The translations under genes and the position numbers were made by a program. The notes under the pieces are model-generated. The model was not told the DNA's origin, made no database searches, and saw only the letters and a program-made list of their open reading frames with translations. A DNA stretch of 64,000 nucleotides from Mustelus asterias. Taxonomy: Eukaryota. The stretch is taken from the NCBI RefSeq assembly GCF_964213995.1, contig NC_135811.1:77562001-77626000 (forward strand), in the 5' to 3' direction. This document shows, one piece after another, positions 10,522-22,469 of this stretch (positions are counted from its first letter, which is position 1; every line of letters starts with the position of its first letter).

Positions 10522-11214
10522 TGTAAAGGGGAAAATACAAGGGGGGCATACTTTACAGAAAATACAAGGGGGGCACACTTTAAAATGGCAATACAAGAAA
10601 GCACACTCTAAAATGGCTGCCTGGCACACACAGGGTTAACTGGGAAAGAAGCCAGAAAAGCAGACACAGGCTCCCGCTGTTCAGAAATAACGTCAAGCCA
10701 AAATCCTAACAGACAAGCCACTTCCAAAGTACAGACAGTGACTCATAGCAAACAAACAACTCAGGAAGCCAAAGCCAAGGGTCAAACATCTTTTAAGATA
10801 AGGAAACCCCTAAACAAAGAGCCTAGATTAACGTTACAGGAACGCGGGAAATATGAATGCGAGGGAACCGATTAGCACCTGAACAAGACGAAACTAGCCA
10901 TTGATAGACACAGACATAAGGAGATGTACACATTCATAAAATGCTAAATGTCTATGCCTGTTTGTACTCTTGTAAACACGAGGAAATGTACCCATTCATA
11001 AAATATTAAATACTTGTACTCACTTAAACAATGTGATAATGTTCAAATCACCGGGATACCCATTGTGTAAAGGGTATAAAAATGAACCGCTCCCGACATA
11101 CTATTGAGAGAAAGTTTGCTACAGACCATGTGCCTTGTCTCCACGGAGCTCCGTTTAATAAATCGTATTTTCTGAATCTCGAAGTCTGACTACTAGTGGA
11201 TTTTTCCCACAACA
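10522..11214 (+). repeat. 3' LTR (693 bp)
   Basis: Copy of the 5' LTR plus a 27-bp tandem duplication near its start; TATAAAA at 11075, AATAAA at 11157. Confidence 0.95.
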
Positions 11215-12201
11215 GATATTTTCATGAACTTATCAGTTTACCCTCTGTTAGAATCCTGCTTTAAAATGACTGAAAATGACCTTTAAAAAGACAGGTCCAT
11301 TTTCTGGTGAATCTGGGGTGCAATATTTATTTTATTTTCAAATTCACAAGTTACATTCCCCATCAATCTTTCACAGGACTATTGCTGTCCTCACACCAAA
11401 ATGACTCAATTTTGTTCTGGAGCCTTATTGAAGGACAGTAAATAATTTCAATGGTGAACAATTTACCCTGGGGTGAGGCCAGTTTTGTGTTGGCCCCGTT
11501 TTCAGTATAATTGTTTTGCAAAAAGGCTTACATCCATGTGACACCCTCACTGGTCACAGAATATCTCAAAGCATTTGACAGCTGATGGAGTGCCTTTGAG
11601 GTACATTGACTGTTGTAATATAGGAAACACATGAGCCAATTTGCGCTTCATACTCCCACAAACAGCACTCTGATAGCGAACAGAGAACCTGGTTTAATGA
11701 TATTGATTGTGGGTAATTATCAGGTTGGCATTAGTGGATTGCTCCTCCTCCTTGAGTTCTTTTGTAATGTAATCATTATTTAACATGCAGATTTCCAGAA
11801 GGTGTCAACCATGATACCACATGAGAGATTTTCATCCTGACATTCCACATATTCTCTTTCCTACCCATAGACTGATGACTCCTCAGCCCATTGACTGATT
11901 TCCCAATCTGTACTCTGCAGGTTTTAAAAGTTTGTTCACATGGGTTGCATGTCACGGGAATGGTCGGTGTTTGTTGCCCATCCCTAATTGCCCTTAAAGG
12001 AGATCGCATGCTTGGCCACTTTAGAGGGCAGTTGAAAGGTAATCACATTGTTGTGGTCCTACAGCCATGTGCAGGCCAGAACAGGTATCGAGGGCAGATT
12101 TCCTTTCCTTACAGACATGAGTGAATCAGATGGGTTTTTGGGCAAATTCACAGAAATAAATAAGAAACATAATTTCAACAAATTTGTATTATTAAAAACA
12201 A

Positions 12202-12713
12202 TTTATTGTAAATATTAAATACATATAAACATGGTTTCAGTATAAACATTGCCTGCGTGGAAAAACATTGTCTATTCCATAACTCTAAATAAATATCAAT
12301 AACTTAACATTTTTAAACTCATTTTACACATTGTGGAAACTGTCACAGTTTGTTACACAAAGACATCACAACAATAAATATCAATAAATTAGAGTAGCTG
12401 AAATTGGTTGAAATGTTGTCCATTTAGGAGGGCACAAATGGAAAGGTCAACATGGCTCTGGGTTTATTGGTTTGCAAACCCACTTCCTGAAAGCCTGACA
12501 GTACATTCCAAATCAGAGGGAAATAACACAGCCGTAAATATCAATAAATAAAATAACAATAAAAATAAATAACCTAACAAGCCACCCATTGTTCTCCCAT
12601 CATTAATGTAAAGTATAAAATTCATTACAAGTATCCATAAATAAATATAGTTTTAAATGAAAATTCTTTCAAATAAATATTCATTGTTCCCAGTCTGTAA
12701 TAGAAAAGTTTTT
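12202..12713 (-). promoter_or_regulatory. IFN 3' UTR with AU-rich elements and poly(A) signal (repeated for each locus)
   Basis: Multiple ATTTA/TTATTTATT on the minus strand; AATAAA (plus-strand TTTATT) at 12202-12207. Confidence 0.65.
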
Positions 12714-15700
12714 TCACTTTCTTCTCCTGATTTGTGCCATTACGGAAGTCATCTGTTGTAATCGGGCCCTGGTCTCAGTGCGGATTATTTCCCAGGCACA
12801 TTGACTGAATTCCTGAAAAAGAAAATTATTCAGGAAAATGGATTAAAGAATGAATAGATTCCAAGAGGGTGAATTAATGTACATGCCAATAACCACACAG
12901 TCAATCATCAATGGTCCTACCTCCTGATTGAGGAACTTTTCCAGTTTCCTGAAGTAATTGTGAATGGTGAAGTTTCTCCTCATCTTGTGCTCTGACTCCT
13001 GTTTCCTGACACATTCTTCCAGCTCACTGAGCTGCCGATCCAGGATCAGTCGGAAATGTTCCACCTTGTCTCGGGCCCATGTGACTGAGCCCAGATTCAT
13101 GCTGTAGATCTTATTGATGTGTCGCAGAGTTTGATGGACAATCTGGATCCTGTCCTGTGTCTATACAAAATATACACAATGTAATTAGAGAGACTCCATT
13201 CCCCATAAGGGATCGTATGATATAGGCCACAAACAAATAAGGCTAAAAATGTTCAAATGGAAAATGTTCACCTTCAGCGTCTATGTGTATTGGAATCCCC
13301 ACATGGCAGGTTGGTTAAGAAGGTTAAGGCTCATGGGATAGAAGGAGAAGTGGCTAGATGGGTGGAGAACTGGCTTGGCCATAGGAGACAGAGGGTAGTG
13401 GTCGAAGGGTCTTTTTCCGCCTGGAGGTCTGTGACCAGTGGTGTTCCGCAGGGCTCTGTACTGGGACCTCTGCTATTTGTGATATAAATGATTTGGAAGA
13501 AGGTGTAACTGGTGAAATCAGCAAGTTTGCGGATGGCACAAAGATGGCTGGACTTGCGGATAGCGAAGAGCATTGTCGGGCAATACAGCAGGATATAGAT
13601 AGGCTGGAAAATTGGGCGGAGAGGTGGCAGATGGAGTTTAATCCGGATAAATGCGAAGTGATGCATTTTGGAAGAAATAATGTAGGGAGGATTTATACAA
13701 TAAATGGCAGATTCATCAGGAGTATAGAAACACAGAGGGACCTAGGTGTGCAAGTCCACAAATCCTTGAAGGTGGCAACACAGGTGGAGAAGGTCGTGAA
13801 GAAGGCAGGTGGTATGGTTGCCTTTATAGACTATAAAAGCTGGAGTCTGATGATGCAGCTGTATAGAATGCTGGTTAGGCCACATTTGGACTACTGCGTC
13901 CAGTTCTGGTCGCCGCACTACCAGAAGGACGTGGAGGCGTTAGAGAGAGTGCAGAGAAGGTTTACGAGGATGTTGCCTGGTATGGAGGGTCTTAGCTATG
14001 AGGAGAGATTGGGTAAACTGGGGTTGTTCTCCCTGGAAAGACGGAGAATGAGGGGCAATCTAATAGAGGTGTACAAGATTATGAAGGGGATAGATAGGGT
14101 GAACGGTGGGAAGCTTTTTCCCAGAGCAGAAGTGACGTTCACGACTGGTCACGGGCTCAAGGTGAGAGGGGCGAAGTATAACTCAGGTATTAGAGGGATG
14201 TTTTTAACACAGAGGGTGGTGGGGGCCTGGAATGCGCTGCCAAGTAGGGTGGTGGAGGCAGGCACGCTGACATCGTTTAAGACTTACCTGGATAATCACA
14301 TGAGCAGCCTGGGAATGGAGGGATATAAACGATTGGTCTAGTTGGACCAAGGAGCGGCACAGGCTTGGAGGGCCGAAGGGCCTGTTTCCTGTGCTGTACT
14401 GTTCTTTGTTCTTTAACTCAAAGATTGCTATTTCTTTCTTCATGGAATGTAAACATCACCGGCAAAGCCAGAATTTGTTGCTCATCCCTAATTGTATTTG
14501 ACATGAATATTACAGGTAATATTTAAGAGTCAACCACATGATTGTGGGTTTGCAGTCACTTGTAGGCCAGACCGAGTAAGGACAGCTGGTTTTCTTTCCT
14601 TGAAGGTTATTAATGAACCACATGGATCTTTACAACAACCTATGACAGTCCCATTGCTGGGAATAGCTATATTTGCAGATTTATGAATTGGGCATGAATT
14701 TGATTGGCTGCCCTGGTGGAAATTGAACTAAAGTACCCAGAGCATAACACTAGGCCTCGGGATTATTAGTCCAGTGGCATGAGCACTGTGCCACTATTAC
14801 CTCCTAAATATTATTGGGTCAATAATAATTGCAAATAAGCAATGGGAGTTTTAAAAGTGGAGATGTGTTGGATATAAATTGGGTTCCTTTCGATGAAGCA
14901 GAGAAGCCAGAGGCCATCCGATTTACAATAAAAATTAGACTCTTTGTTCAGTATAGAACCAAGCTGAATGCAGACCATATAAACCAAAATTACGAAAAGA
15001 AATGAGGGGTGAATACGGTGCATGAGAATTAATGAGAGGTATCGTGAAGGGGAAGCTAAAAATGGGTCATAAGAATATAAAGAATGTGGAGATGCTGCTT
15101 TTGGACTGGGGAGGAGAAGAGTCCAAGACGTCAATTTCAAATCAATGATTTGAACTTGGCTTCAGTTCAGAAGGAGATGCTTCAAATGTTACAGTAAAGG
15201 AAGAAGTAGTAAAGAAATTGGATGGGATAAAAATCGATAAAAAGGGGGTATCACTGTGGCCGTGCAACTGGGAATGTTGCTGCTTGTCCTCAATGCACCT
15301 GTCAAAAGTCCAGGATCAAAGAGGGACGACATTTCTAAGGTGAGTAAGACTTGGATGGAAGTGCTGGAGAGGTGAGGATTGTCAGAGATATGGGAACATG
15401 TCAGAAGCATAAGGTTGTTGTTCTTCCATCACATCTTGCACTGCACCAGATGCCGGTCATTTGACCAGTCCAGTACTGCCTTTGAATGAAAGACACACTC
15501 ACAACTCCTCCTGACCCCACCTACAATACTAGCAACCTGGAAGCAAACCGACAAGGTGACTTTCTGGATTCCCACTTGCTGAATCCCCTGATTCCGACTG
15601 GTTGTGTAAAGTTGTCAGTGGGGATGAGGCCCTTATGTGGGCATTAAATCTATGTCTCCCAGACCGTCTAACATCAGTTAATGGGAACAGTTTTCCCTTG

Positions 15701-16614
15701 ACTACCTTTCGGAAACAGCCATAATTCTGAAATATTCTGCACGAAGGCTGTATCCCAAAGGTGTAATGTACATTGTTAACGCTAAGGATATTTCAATTCC
15801 ATTGAGTCACATAAGAGTCACATAAGAGTGGGACATGCTGCATGGAGGCATGTTGAATTTCATTGCACTTTCTATAATTTTGAAGTTGAAATGTTTTGTA
15901 ATGCTCTTCCGCAAATGTTATGAATAATTCATATTTTTGGGGTGAAAGTTAGTGATCAGAAGAATGAAAGTGTAAGGGGCAGGGAGATACAGAAAATAAA
16001 ATAGTTCGCGGATATCTGATCATTAGAGCAAGCGGGCTTATTGGAGAAGAAGGAATGGTTAGAGAGACCGACATAATTTCAGGGGGTTCGAGACACAGAG
16101 ATAGTAAGTGCGCTCACAGTGATATTACTGAGTGAGTTAGATACAGAGTGAAATACAATGACAGAGAATTCTGTCATTGTCACAATGGTTGGAAATCACA
16201 CGATTGAAAATTCTTGCAGTTGCCAGTTCCGATCAGATTGTTGATGTAATTTTCTATAAAAACTCTGTCTAAAAGAAATGAACCGAGATTTTACTCACCT
16301 CTAATCCCTTCGAAAGTTTCACCAGGTCCAAGGGCTTGGATTTCAGGAAGTGTCTCTGTTTTATACAGTGTTGGGGAAAGGAGCCACCCTGAGAGGAGAA
16401 AAAATATAATTAATTATAAATCCCCAGAAATGTCTCCTGATTTGACATTTCACACGCTGCTCAGAATGCAGCTTTAACTCACCATTTGATTGAGTTTGCT
16501 GAGTGTGTGTGTGTTGAGAACTTGCTGTAACTGCAGCCTCTCGCAGCCCAGACTGAGGGTCCCGGACAAGAAGAGCGACACCATCCAACATCTCCAAATC
16601 CTCGACAAAGCCAT
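12714..16614 (-). CDS. IFN1: Type I interferon, locus A, intact 4-exon gene (186 aa)
   Basis: Exons 16614-16483 (MALSRIW..SLG/CERLQ..NQM), 16388-16299 (GGSFPQHCIKQ..GLE), 13160-12921 (TQDRIQ..LEEC..YFRKLEKFLNQE), 12812-12714 (EFSQCAWEIIR..RRRK*); all GT-AG phase-0 introns; four Cys. Confidence 0.93.
13298..14417 (+). mobile_element. 5'-truncated CR1-clade (HER1-like) LINE in intron 2 of locus A
   Basis: RT motifs SGVPQGSVLGPLLF, KFADGTK, LVRPHLDYCVQFWSP; (GTTCTTT)n tail; absent at this site in other units. Confidence 0.93.
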
Positions 16615-16794
16615 GACCGACCGAGCCAGAGTGAAACCCCGGACTGAGGATAAGACACCGATCGGGTCCGGGTTCAACTCAGACCAACAATTATTTTCAA
16701 ACGAATGAAAATCTAATAGTTCCGCTTCTCAGCCCCGAGTGAACGGCTGAACTGTTCAGTTCTCTTTCCGTGCGCTTGTCTCTCTCTCTGTGTA

Positions 16795-16995
16795 TCCGTG
16801 TATATATGTAGACTGTGCTGGGAGGAACTGTCCCTGCCATGCTGTCGCAGGGGCTGGCGGTTACATTTAAAAAGTGAAATCTGGTAGCGGGAGTTTTGGA
16901 AGTTCTTCAGGAGACGAATAGTTAGTCTGCTCCCTGTCTGAGGTAAGGAATCGGAAAGCCGGAGATTCCGGAACCAGGGACTGGAAGATCCCCGA
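16795..16995 (-). promoter_or_regulatory. Proximal IFN promoter (locus A; repeated in B-F)
   Basis: TATATA at 16801-16806, AAAAGTGAAA IRF-E at ~16870, NF-kB consensus GGGATCTTCC (minus) at 16983-16992, GGAGATTCC at 16961. Confidence 0.6.
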
Positions 16996-18190
16996 TAGAA
17001 AAATCACGAATAGCGCTGGGTTCCAGCTCAAAGTTCCAACAATCTGGATCAATATTATTAATATCCATTTTGTAAAAACAGATTATTGCCTGCAAAGTGA
17101 TTGGATTCACATTAAGGGGACAAGAAAAGTTGCGGTTCCTCAGATTGTTGGATTTTGAGGCTGTTCTTCTTGAGTTCGCTGCCCGAATGCGGGCCCAACC
17201 CATTTTCCCACAAGAGCAGCATAAGGTGATCATTACATTCAGAAATGACACTTAATGTGCCCGTGACACAGGTAAACTCTCCCTCCTCCTTGTCGCTCTG
17301 ACCGCAGCCTTTGACATGGGCGAGCAGACCCTCATCATTCAACTCTCTCCCCCACGGTGCAACTGATTGGGAGCCCTCTCTCTGTCTCTCATTCTTACTG
17401 AAGTCATTGTACCCTGAAAATACTCAGAATCGCATCTTCTCCCCCGCCCCCCACACTCCACCACGCACCCCACCTTTCAGCCTCTGCTGTCCATGAGGAT
17501 CTCTCCCTGCTCCCTTTTCTAATTCTCATCTCCAAGCTGCCCCATGGGGACATCACTCACCATTTACCCATCACCCCTGTGCTGGTTGAATTATGTTGGC
17601 TCCTGCTTCAGGAATGCCTTGATTTTAAAAATCTCACCCTCATTTTCAAACTCCGCCAGTCCCTCATCCCTCCCTATCTCTGTAATCACCTCCAGCCGCG
17701 AATCCCGACGAGATATCTGCTCTGCTCCAATTCTGGCCCCTCCAGAAATCCCCATTTTAATTCACCCACCATGGGTGGGGTCTCTTCAGCTGCTCAACCC
17801 TCAACCTCTGTAATTTCTGCCCTAAACCTCTCCGCCCCTCGTTACTCCATTAAAACGCTCCTTAAAATCAACTTCATTCATCAAGTTATTGCTCACCTGC
17901 CTCAGTCTCTCCTCGTCCGTCTGGCTATCCAATGTTTCTGGATAACACGCCTGTAAATCACTTTGACCCATCAATCTCTCTCTATAATGATGAGTGCTTG
18001 TTACTGATGGGCTGTCTCTGATTTCCCCCCTCTCAGGCTCACATTCCCCTTTATCCTTCACTCAGTCTCCTTCTCCTCAATTTCTGCTTTCTATTTCTCT
18101 CTCAGATCAGAGTTGCTCCTTCAAACAGATTCAGATTCAATCTCTCCCGGTCCCTCTCTCCCCTCAATATCATTCCCAGTTTCAACTCAC

Positions 18191-18322
18191 CATTTGATTG
18201 AGTTTGCTGAGTGTGTGTGTGTTGAGAACTTGCTGTAACTGCAGCCTCTCGCAGCCCAGACTGAGGGTCCCGGACAAGAAGAGCGACACCATCCAAAATC
18301 TCCAAATCCTCGCCAAAGCCAT
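18191..18322 (-). CDS. IFN1: Distal duplicate first exon, locus A
   Basis: ATG, 44 open codons, Cys24 kept, GTGAGT donor in phase with exon 2. Confidence 0.75.
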
Positions 18323-19120
18323 GACCAACCGGGTCAGAGGGAAAGCCCGATGTGGAAGAGGAGAAACCGGCGGCTTTGGTGGTTCAGCGGCGAGAACGGT
18401 TCTTGCGAAGAGAATTCAAGTCGGGAAGTGGAATTGGAGCCGCTTGTGATCCGGGAGCGAGCGCCTGTGTTGCCGAATGGTGTGAGTGTGGATTCTGCTG
18501 CGAGCTGGCACTGGCACTGCCAGGCTGCCCGCTTTAATGTGCGCCCATTACATTGCAAAAGTGAAAATGGGCTGCAGGGGTTTTGGGAGAGCTGCGGGAG
18601 ATCAATAGTTTGTGCGGTTTCTGTGTGAGGTCAGGAATGGGAAAGCTGGAGACTCCCGAAGCAGCGAGTGAGAAATCCCCGGGAGAAAATCACAAGCAGC
18701 GCTCGGTTGCAGCTCAGTGTTGTGTAGGCTTCACATCACCCGGGGGGGCACTAAGGTGCTACAGAGGTGGGCTCTGTATTGGGAGGCAGTGTGGACATGG
18801 ATTGGGGGCTGCATTTGACCATCCGGATTATAGAGACACCGAGAGAGGCGTCTTTTAGTTGCGGGCATTCGGCCCCATTCCCTCTGATAGCCCCGCTGTG
18901 TTCACATCGCGTTTGTCCTGTTCACACTTCCCAGCTTGAACATTGCAGAGAGACCGGCTCAGAGCCCAGGCTCGCCGCTTAATGGAGACTGACTCCGCTC
19001 CCATTGAGCTGCCCCACAATCTGCTCTTTAACTGCAAGAAGTTGCTCATTTCTCGCTTCTTTTCTGCAGCCATTTCCAGACTCTGACTGAGAGAATATTG
19101 AATCTGTTCCGATTCTGAGT

Positions 19121-19260
19121 GGGAAAGTGATCCCGCTCCCTTTCCTTTCGCCCCGTTTGTTTCTCCTCTCTGTCCCGGGAAAGTGTCCGCCTCACTTTCT
19201 CTCTGGAAATGAGCCTTGTGTCAGTTTGTGCCGAAAGCGAAAGTGCCTCAGGGAAAGTGA
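19121..19260. promoter_or_regulatory. IRF/ISRE cluster, locus A
   Basis: Five GAAAGTG including GAAAGCGAAAGTG at 19233-19245. Confidence 0.65.
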
Positions 19261-19384
19261 GGCGTTTTGTCATTTCCGACAGTGGGGAGAGTTTGTGAAG
19301 AGAGCGGCTCACACTGAGAGGGCTGAGGGGAGGGGCTGCCAAGGGGGTTCTGATTTTCGTATTTATCCCCGCTTTCAACAGGCA

Positions 19385-19999
19385 ATAAGATAGAGGGGCA
19401 GAATTAGGCCATTTGGCCCAACGAGTCCGCTTCGCCATTCGATCATGGCTGATATGCTCCTCAACTACCATTTTCCTGCCTTCTCCCCGAACTCTTCATC
19501 CCATTACCAATTAAAAATCTGTCCAACTCCTACTTAAATTTACTCACTGTCCTAACATCCACCGCACTTTGGGGTAGCAAATTCCACAGGTTCACAACCC
19601 TTTGGGAGAAGTAGTTTCTCCTCTACTCAGTTTTAAACTTGCTACCCCTTATCCTAAATCTATGACCTCCCGTCCTAGAATGCCCCACCAGAGGAAGCAT
19701 CCGCTCCACGTCTACTTTATCCACACCTTGTATCATCTTGTATACCTCAATTTTCTAATCTCATTCTTCTAAATTCCAGAGAGTATAGGCCTAAACTATT
19801 CAATCTCTCTTCATATGACAAACCCCTCATCTGTGGAATCAATCTAGTGAACCTCCTCTGAACTGCCTCCAATGTCACTACATCTTTCCTCAAATGAGGG
19901 GACCAAAACTGTGCACAATACTCCAGATGCAGCCTCACTGATGCCTTGTATAGAATCAACAATACTTCCTTACATTATATTCTATTCCTTTAGCTATAA
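19385..19999 (-). mobile_element. CR1-clade LINE 3' fragment
   Basis: ORF 19747-19962 LYKASVRLHLEYCAQFWSPHLRKD..LEAVQRRFTRLIP. Confidence 0.9.
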
Positions 20000-20087
20000 A
20001 GGCATCGAATCCCTGTCAGATGGAACTCGGATCCAAATCTTCAGTCCGGGTGTAGGTGGGAGTGTGATCCCACAGCACCAACAGTCT

Positions 20088-20390
20088 CATAGGATCCTAG
20101 AGTGCAGAGGGAGGCTATTCGGCCCATTGAGTCTGCACCGACCACAATCCCGTAGTCCTACATATTTACCCTGCGACTCGCTTTGACACTAGGGTCAATT
20201 TATCACAGCCAATCCACCTAACCTGCGTATCTTTCGACTGTGAGAGGAAACTGGGGAACCCAAAGGAAACCCACGCAGATGTGGGAAGAATGTGCAAACT
20301 CCACACAGACAGTGATCCAAGGCTGGAATTGAACCCGTGTCACTGGTGCTGTGAGGCAGCAGTGCTAACCATTGTGCCACCTTGTTGCCC
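20088..20390 (-). mobile_element. HE1-like SINE (unit-shared copy)
   Basis: Same position and sequence family as 2444-2818. Confidence 0.8.
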
Positions 20391-20396
20391 CTTTCT

Positions 20397-21066
20397 GTAA
20401 GAAGTTTAACAACACCAGGTTAAAGTCCAAAAGGTTTATATGGTAGCAAAAGCCACAAGCTTTTGGAGCCTTAAGCCCCTTCCTCAGGTGAGTGGGAATT
20501 CTGTTCACAAACAGGGCATATAAAGACACAAACTCAATTTACAGAATAGTGGTTGGAATGCGAATACTTACAGCTAATCAAGTCTTTAAGATACAAACAA
20601 TGTGAGTGGAGAGAGCATCAAGACAGGCTAAAGTTATGTGTATTGTCTCCAGACCGGACAGCCAGTGAGACTCTGCAGGTCCAGGCAAGCTGTGGGGATT
20701 ACAGATAGTGTGACATGAACCCAATGTCCCGGTTGAGGCCGTCCTCATGTGTGCGGAATTTGGCTATCAGTTACTGCTCAGCAACTCTGCGCCGTCGTGT
20801 GTCGTGAAGGCCGCCTTGGAGAACGCTTACCCAAATATCAGCGGCCGAATGCCCGTGACCGCTGAAGTGCTCCCCAACAGGAAGAGAACAGTCTTGCCTG
20901 GTGATTGTCGAGCGGTGTTCATTCATCCGTTGTCGCAGCGTCTGCATGGTTTCCCCAATGTACCATGCGTCGGGACATCCTTTCCTGCAGCGTATCAGGT
21001 AGACAAAGTTGGCCGAGTTGCATGAGTTTGTACTGTGCACCGGGTGGATGGTGTTCTCACGTGAGT
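20397..21066 (-). mobile_element. Penelope-like element 3' part (GIY-YIG endonuclease)
   Basis: ORF 20771-21040 VYLIRCRKGCPDAWYIGETMQTLRQRMNEHR..VGEHF; terminal sequence shared with 5790 and 63440. Confidence 0.92.
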
Positions 21067-21871
21067 ATGTAATTGGGTGCAGATTAACTCATTCACAGAT
21101 AGCTGTTGTCCCAAACCATAGATATTTTAATGAACTTATCAGTTTACCCTCTGTTAGAATCCTGCTTTAAAATGCCAGAAAAATACCTTTAAAAAGACAG
21201 GTCCATTTTCTGGTGAATCTGGGGTGCAATATTTATTTTCTTTTCAAATTCAAAAGTGACATTGCCAATCACTTTGTCACTGGTATATTCCTATCTTCAC
21301 ACCAAAATGGCTTAATTTTGTTTCTGGAGCCTTATTGAAGGACTGTAAACAATTTCGATGGTGAATAATTTACCCTGGGGTGAGGCCAACTTCGTGTTGG
21401 CCCATGTTTCAGTGTAATTGTTTTGCCAAAAGGCTAACATCCATGTGACACCCTCACTGGTCACAGAATATCTCAAAGCATTTGACTGCTGATGGAGTGC
21501 CTTTGAGGTACATTGACTGTTGTAATATAGGAAACACTTGAGCCAATTTGTGCTTCATCCTCCCACAAACAGCACTCTGATAACAGACAGAGAACCTGGT
21601 TTAATGATATTGATTGTGGGTAATTATCAGGTTGGCAATCCGGAATTAGTGGAATGCACCTCCTTCTTGTGTTCTTTTGTAATGCAATCATTATTTAACA
21701 TGCAGATTTCCAGAAGGTGTCAACCATGATACCACATGAGAGATTTTCATCCTCACATTCCACATGTTCTCTTTCCTACCCAGAGACTGATGTCTACTCA
21801 GCTCATTGACTGATTTCCCAATCTGTACTCTGCCGCTTTTTAAAAGTCTGTTCACATGGGGTGTTCACATG

Positions 21872-22469
21872 TTCATTAAAAGAACATTGAATACAGGAGT
21901 TGGGACATCTTGTTGAAGCTGTACAAGACATTGGTAAGGCCACACTTGGAATGCTGTGTGCAATTCTGGTCACCCTATTATAGAAAGGATATTATTAAAC
22001 TAGAAAGAGTGCAGAAAAGATTTACTAGGATGCTACCGGGTCTTGATGGATTGAGTTATAAGCAGAGGCTGAATAGACAGGGAGGCTGAGGGGTGACCTT
22101 ATATAGGTCTATAAAATAATGAGGGGCACAGACAAGGTAGATAGTCAATATCTTTTTCCAAATGTAGGGGAGTCTAAAACTAGAGGACATAGGTTTAAAG
22201 TGAGAGGGGAGAGATACAAAAGTGCCCAAGGGGCAATTTATGCACACAGAGGGTGGTGAGTGTCTGGAACAAGCTGCCAGAGGTAGTAGTAGAGGCGGGT
22301 ACAAATTTATCTTTTAAAAAGCATTTAGATAGTTACATGGGTACGATGGGTATAGAGGGATATGGGCCAAATGCGGGCAATTGGGGTTTGATCAAAAGGG
22401 CGGCATGACAAGTTGAGCCAAAGGGCCTGTTTCCATGCAGTAAACCTCTATGACTCTATGACTCTATGC
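21872..22469 (+). mobile_element. CR1-clade LINE 3' fragment
   Basis: Encodes LYKTLVRPHLECCVQFWSPYYRKD; (GACTCTAT)n tail. Confidence 0.88.

Larger units (their letters stand above)
4282..11214 (+). mobile_element. Defective endogenous retrovirus (LTR-PBS-gag-filler-partial IN-env-PPT-LTR)
   Basis: Two TG...CA LTRs, PBS, PPT, gag with MHR-like motif, integrase C-terminus, env with immunosuppressive-domain-like TM; absent from the other units. Confidence 0.95.

Noticed and set aside
12843-13100. 85-aa ORF MNLGSVTW.. as a stand-alone or intronless gene
   Set aside because: It is the 3' part of IFN exon 3 reading through the GTAGG donor into intron 3
12714-16614. Type III IFN or IL-10-family cytokine instead of type I IFN
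   Set aside because: CAWE motif, YF..L..FL helix and four-Cys pattern starting at mature residue 1 fit type I
16615-16677. N-terminal extension MNPDP.. of IFN exon 1
   Set aside because: Begins at TTG and is out of frame in several copies; the ATG at 16614 starts a normal signal peptide
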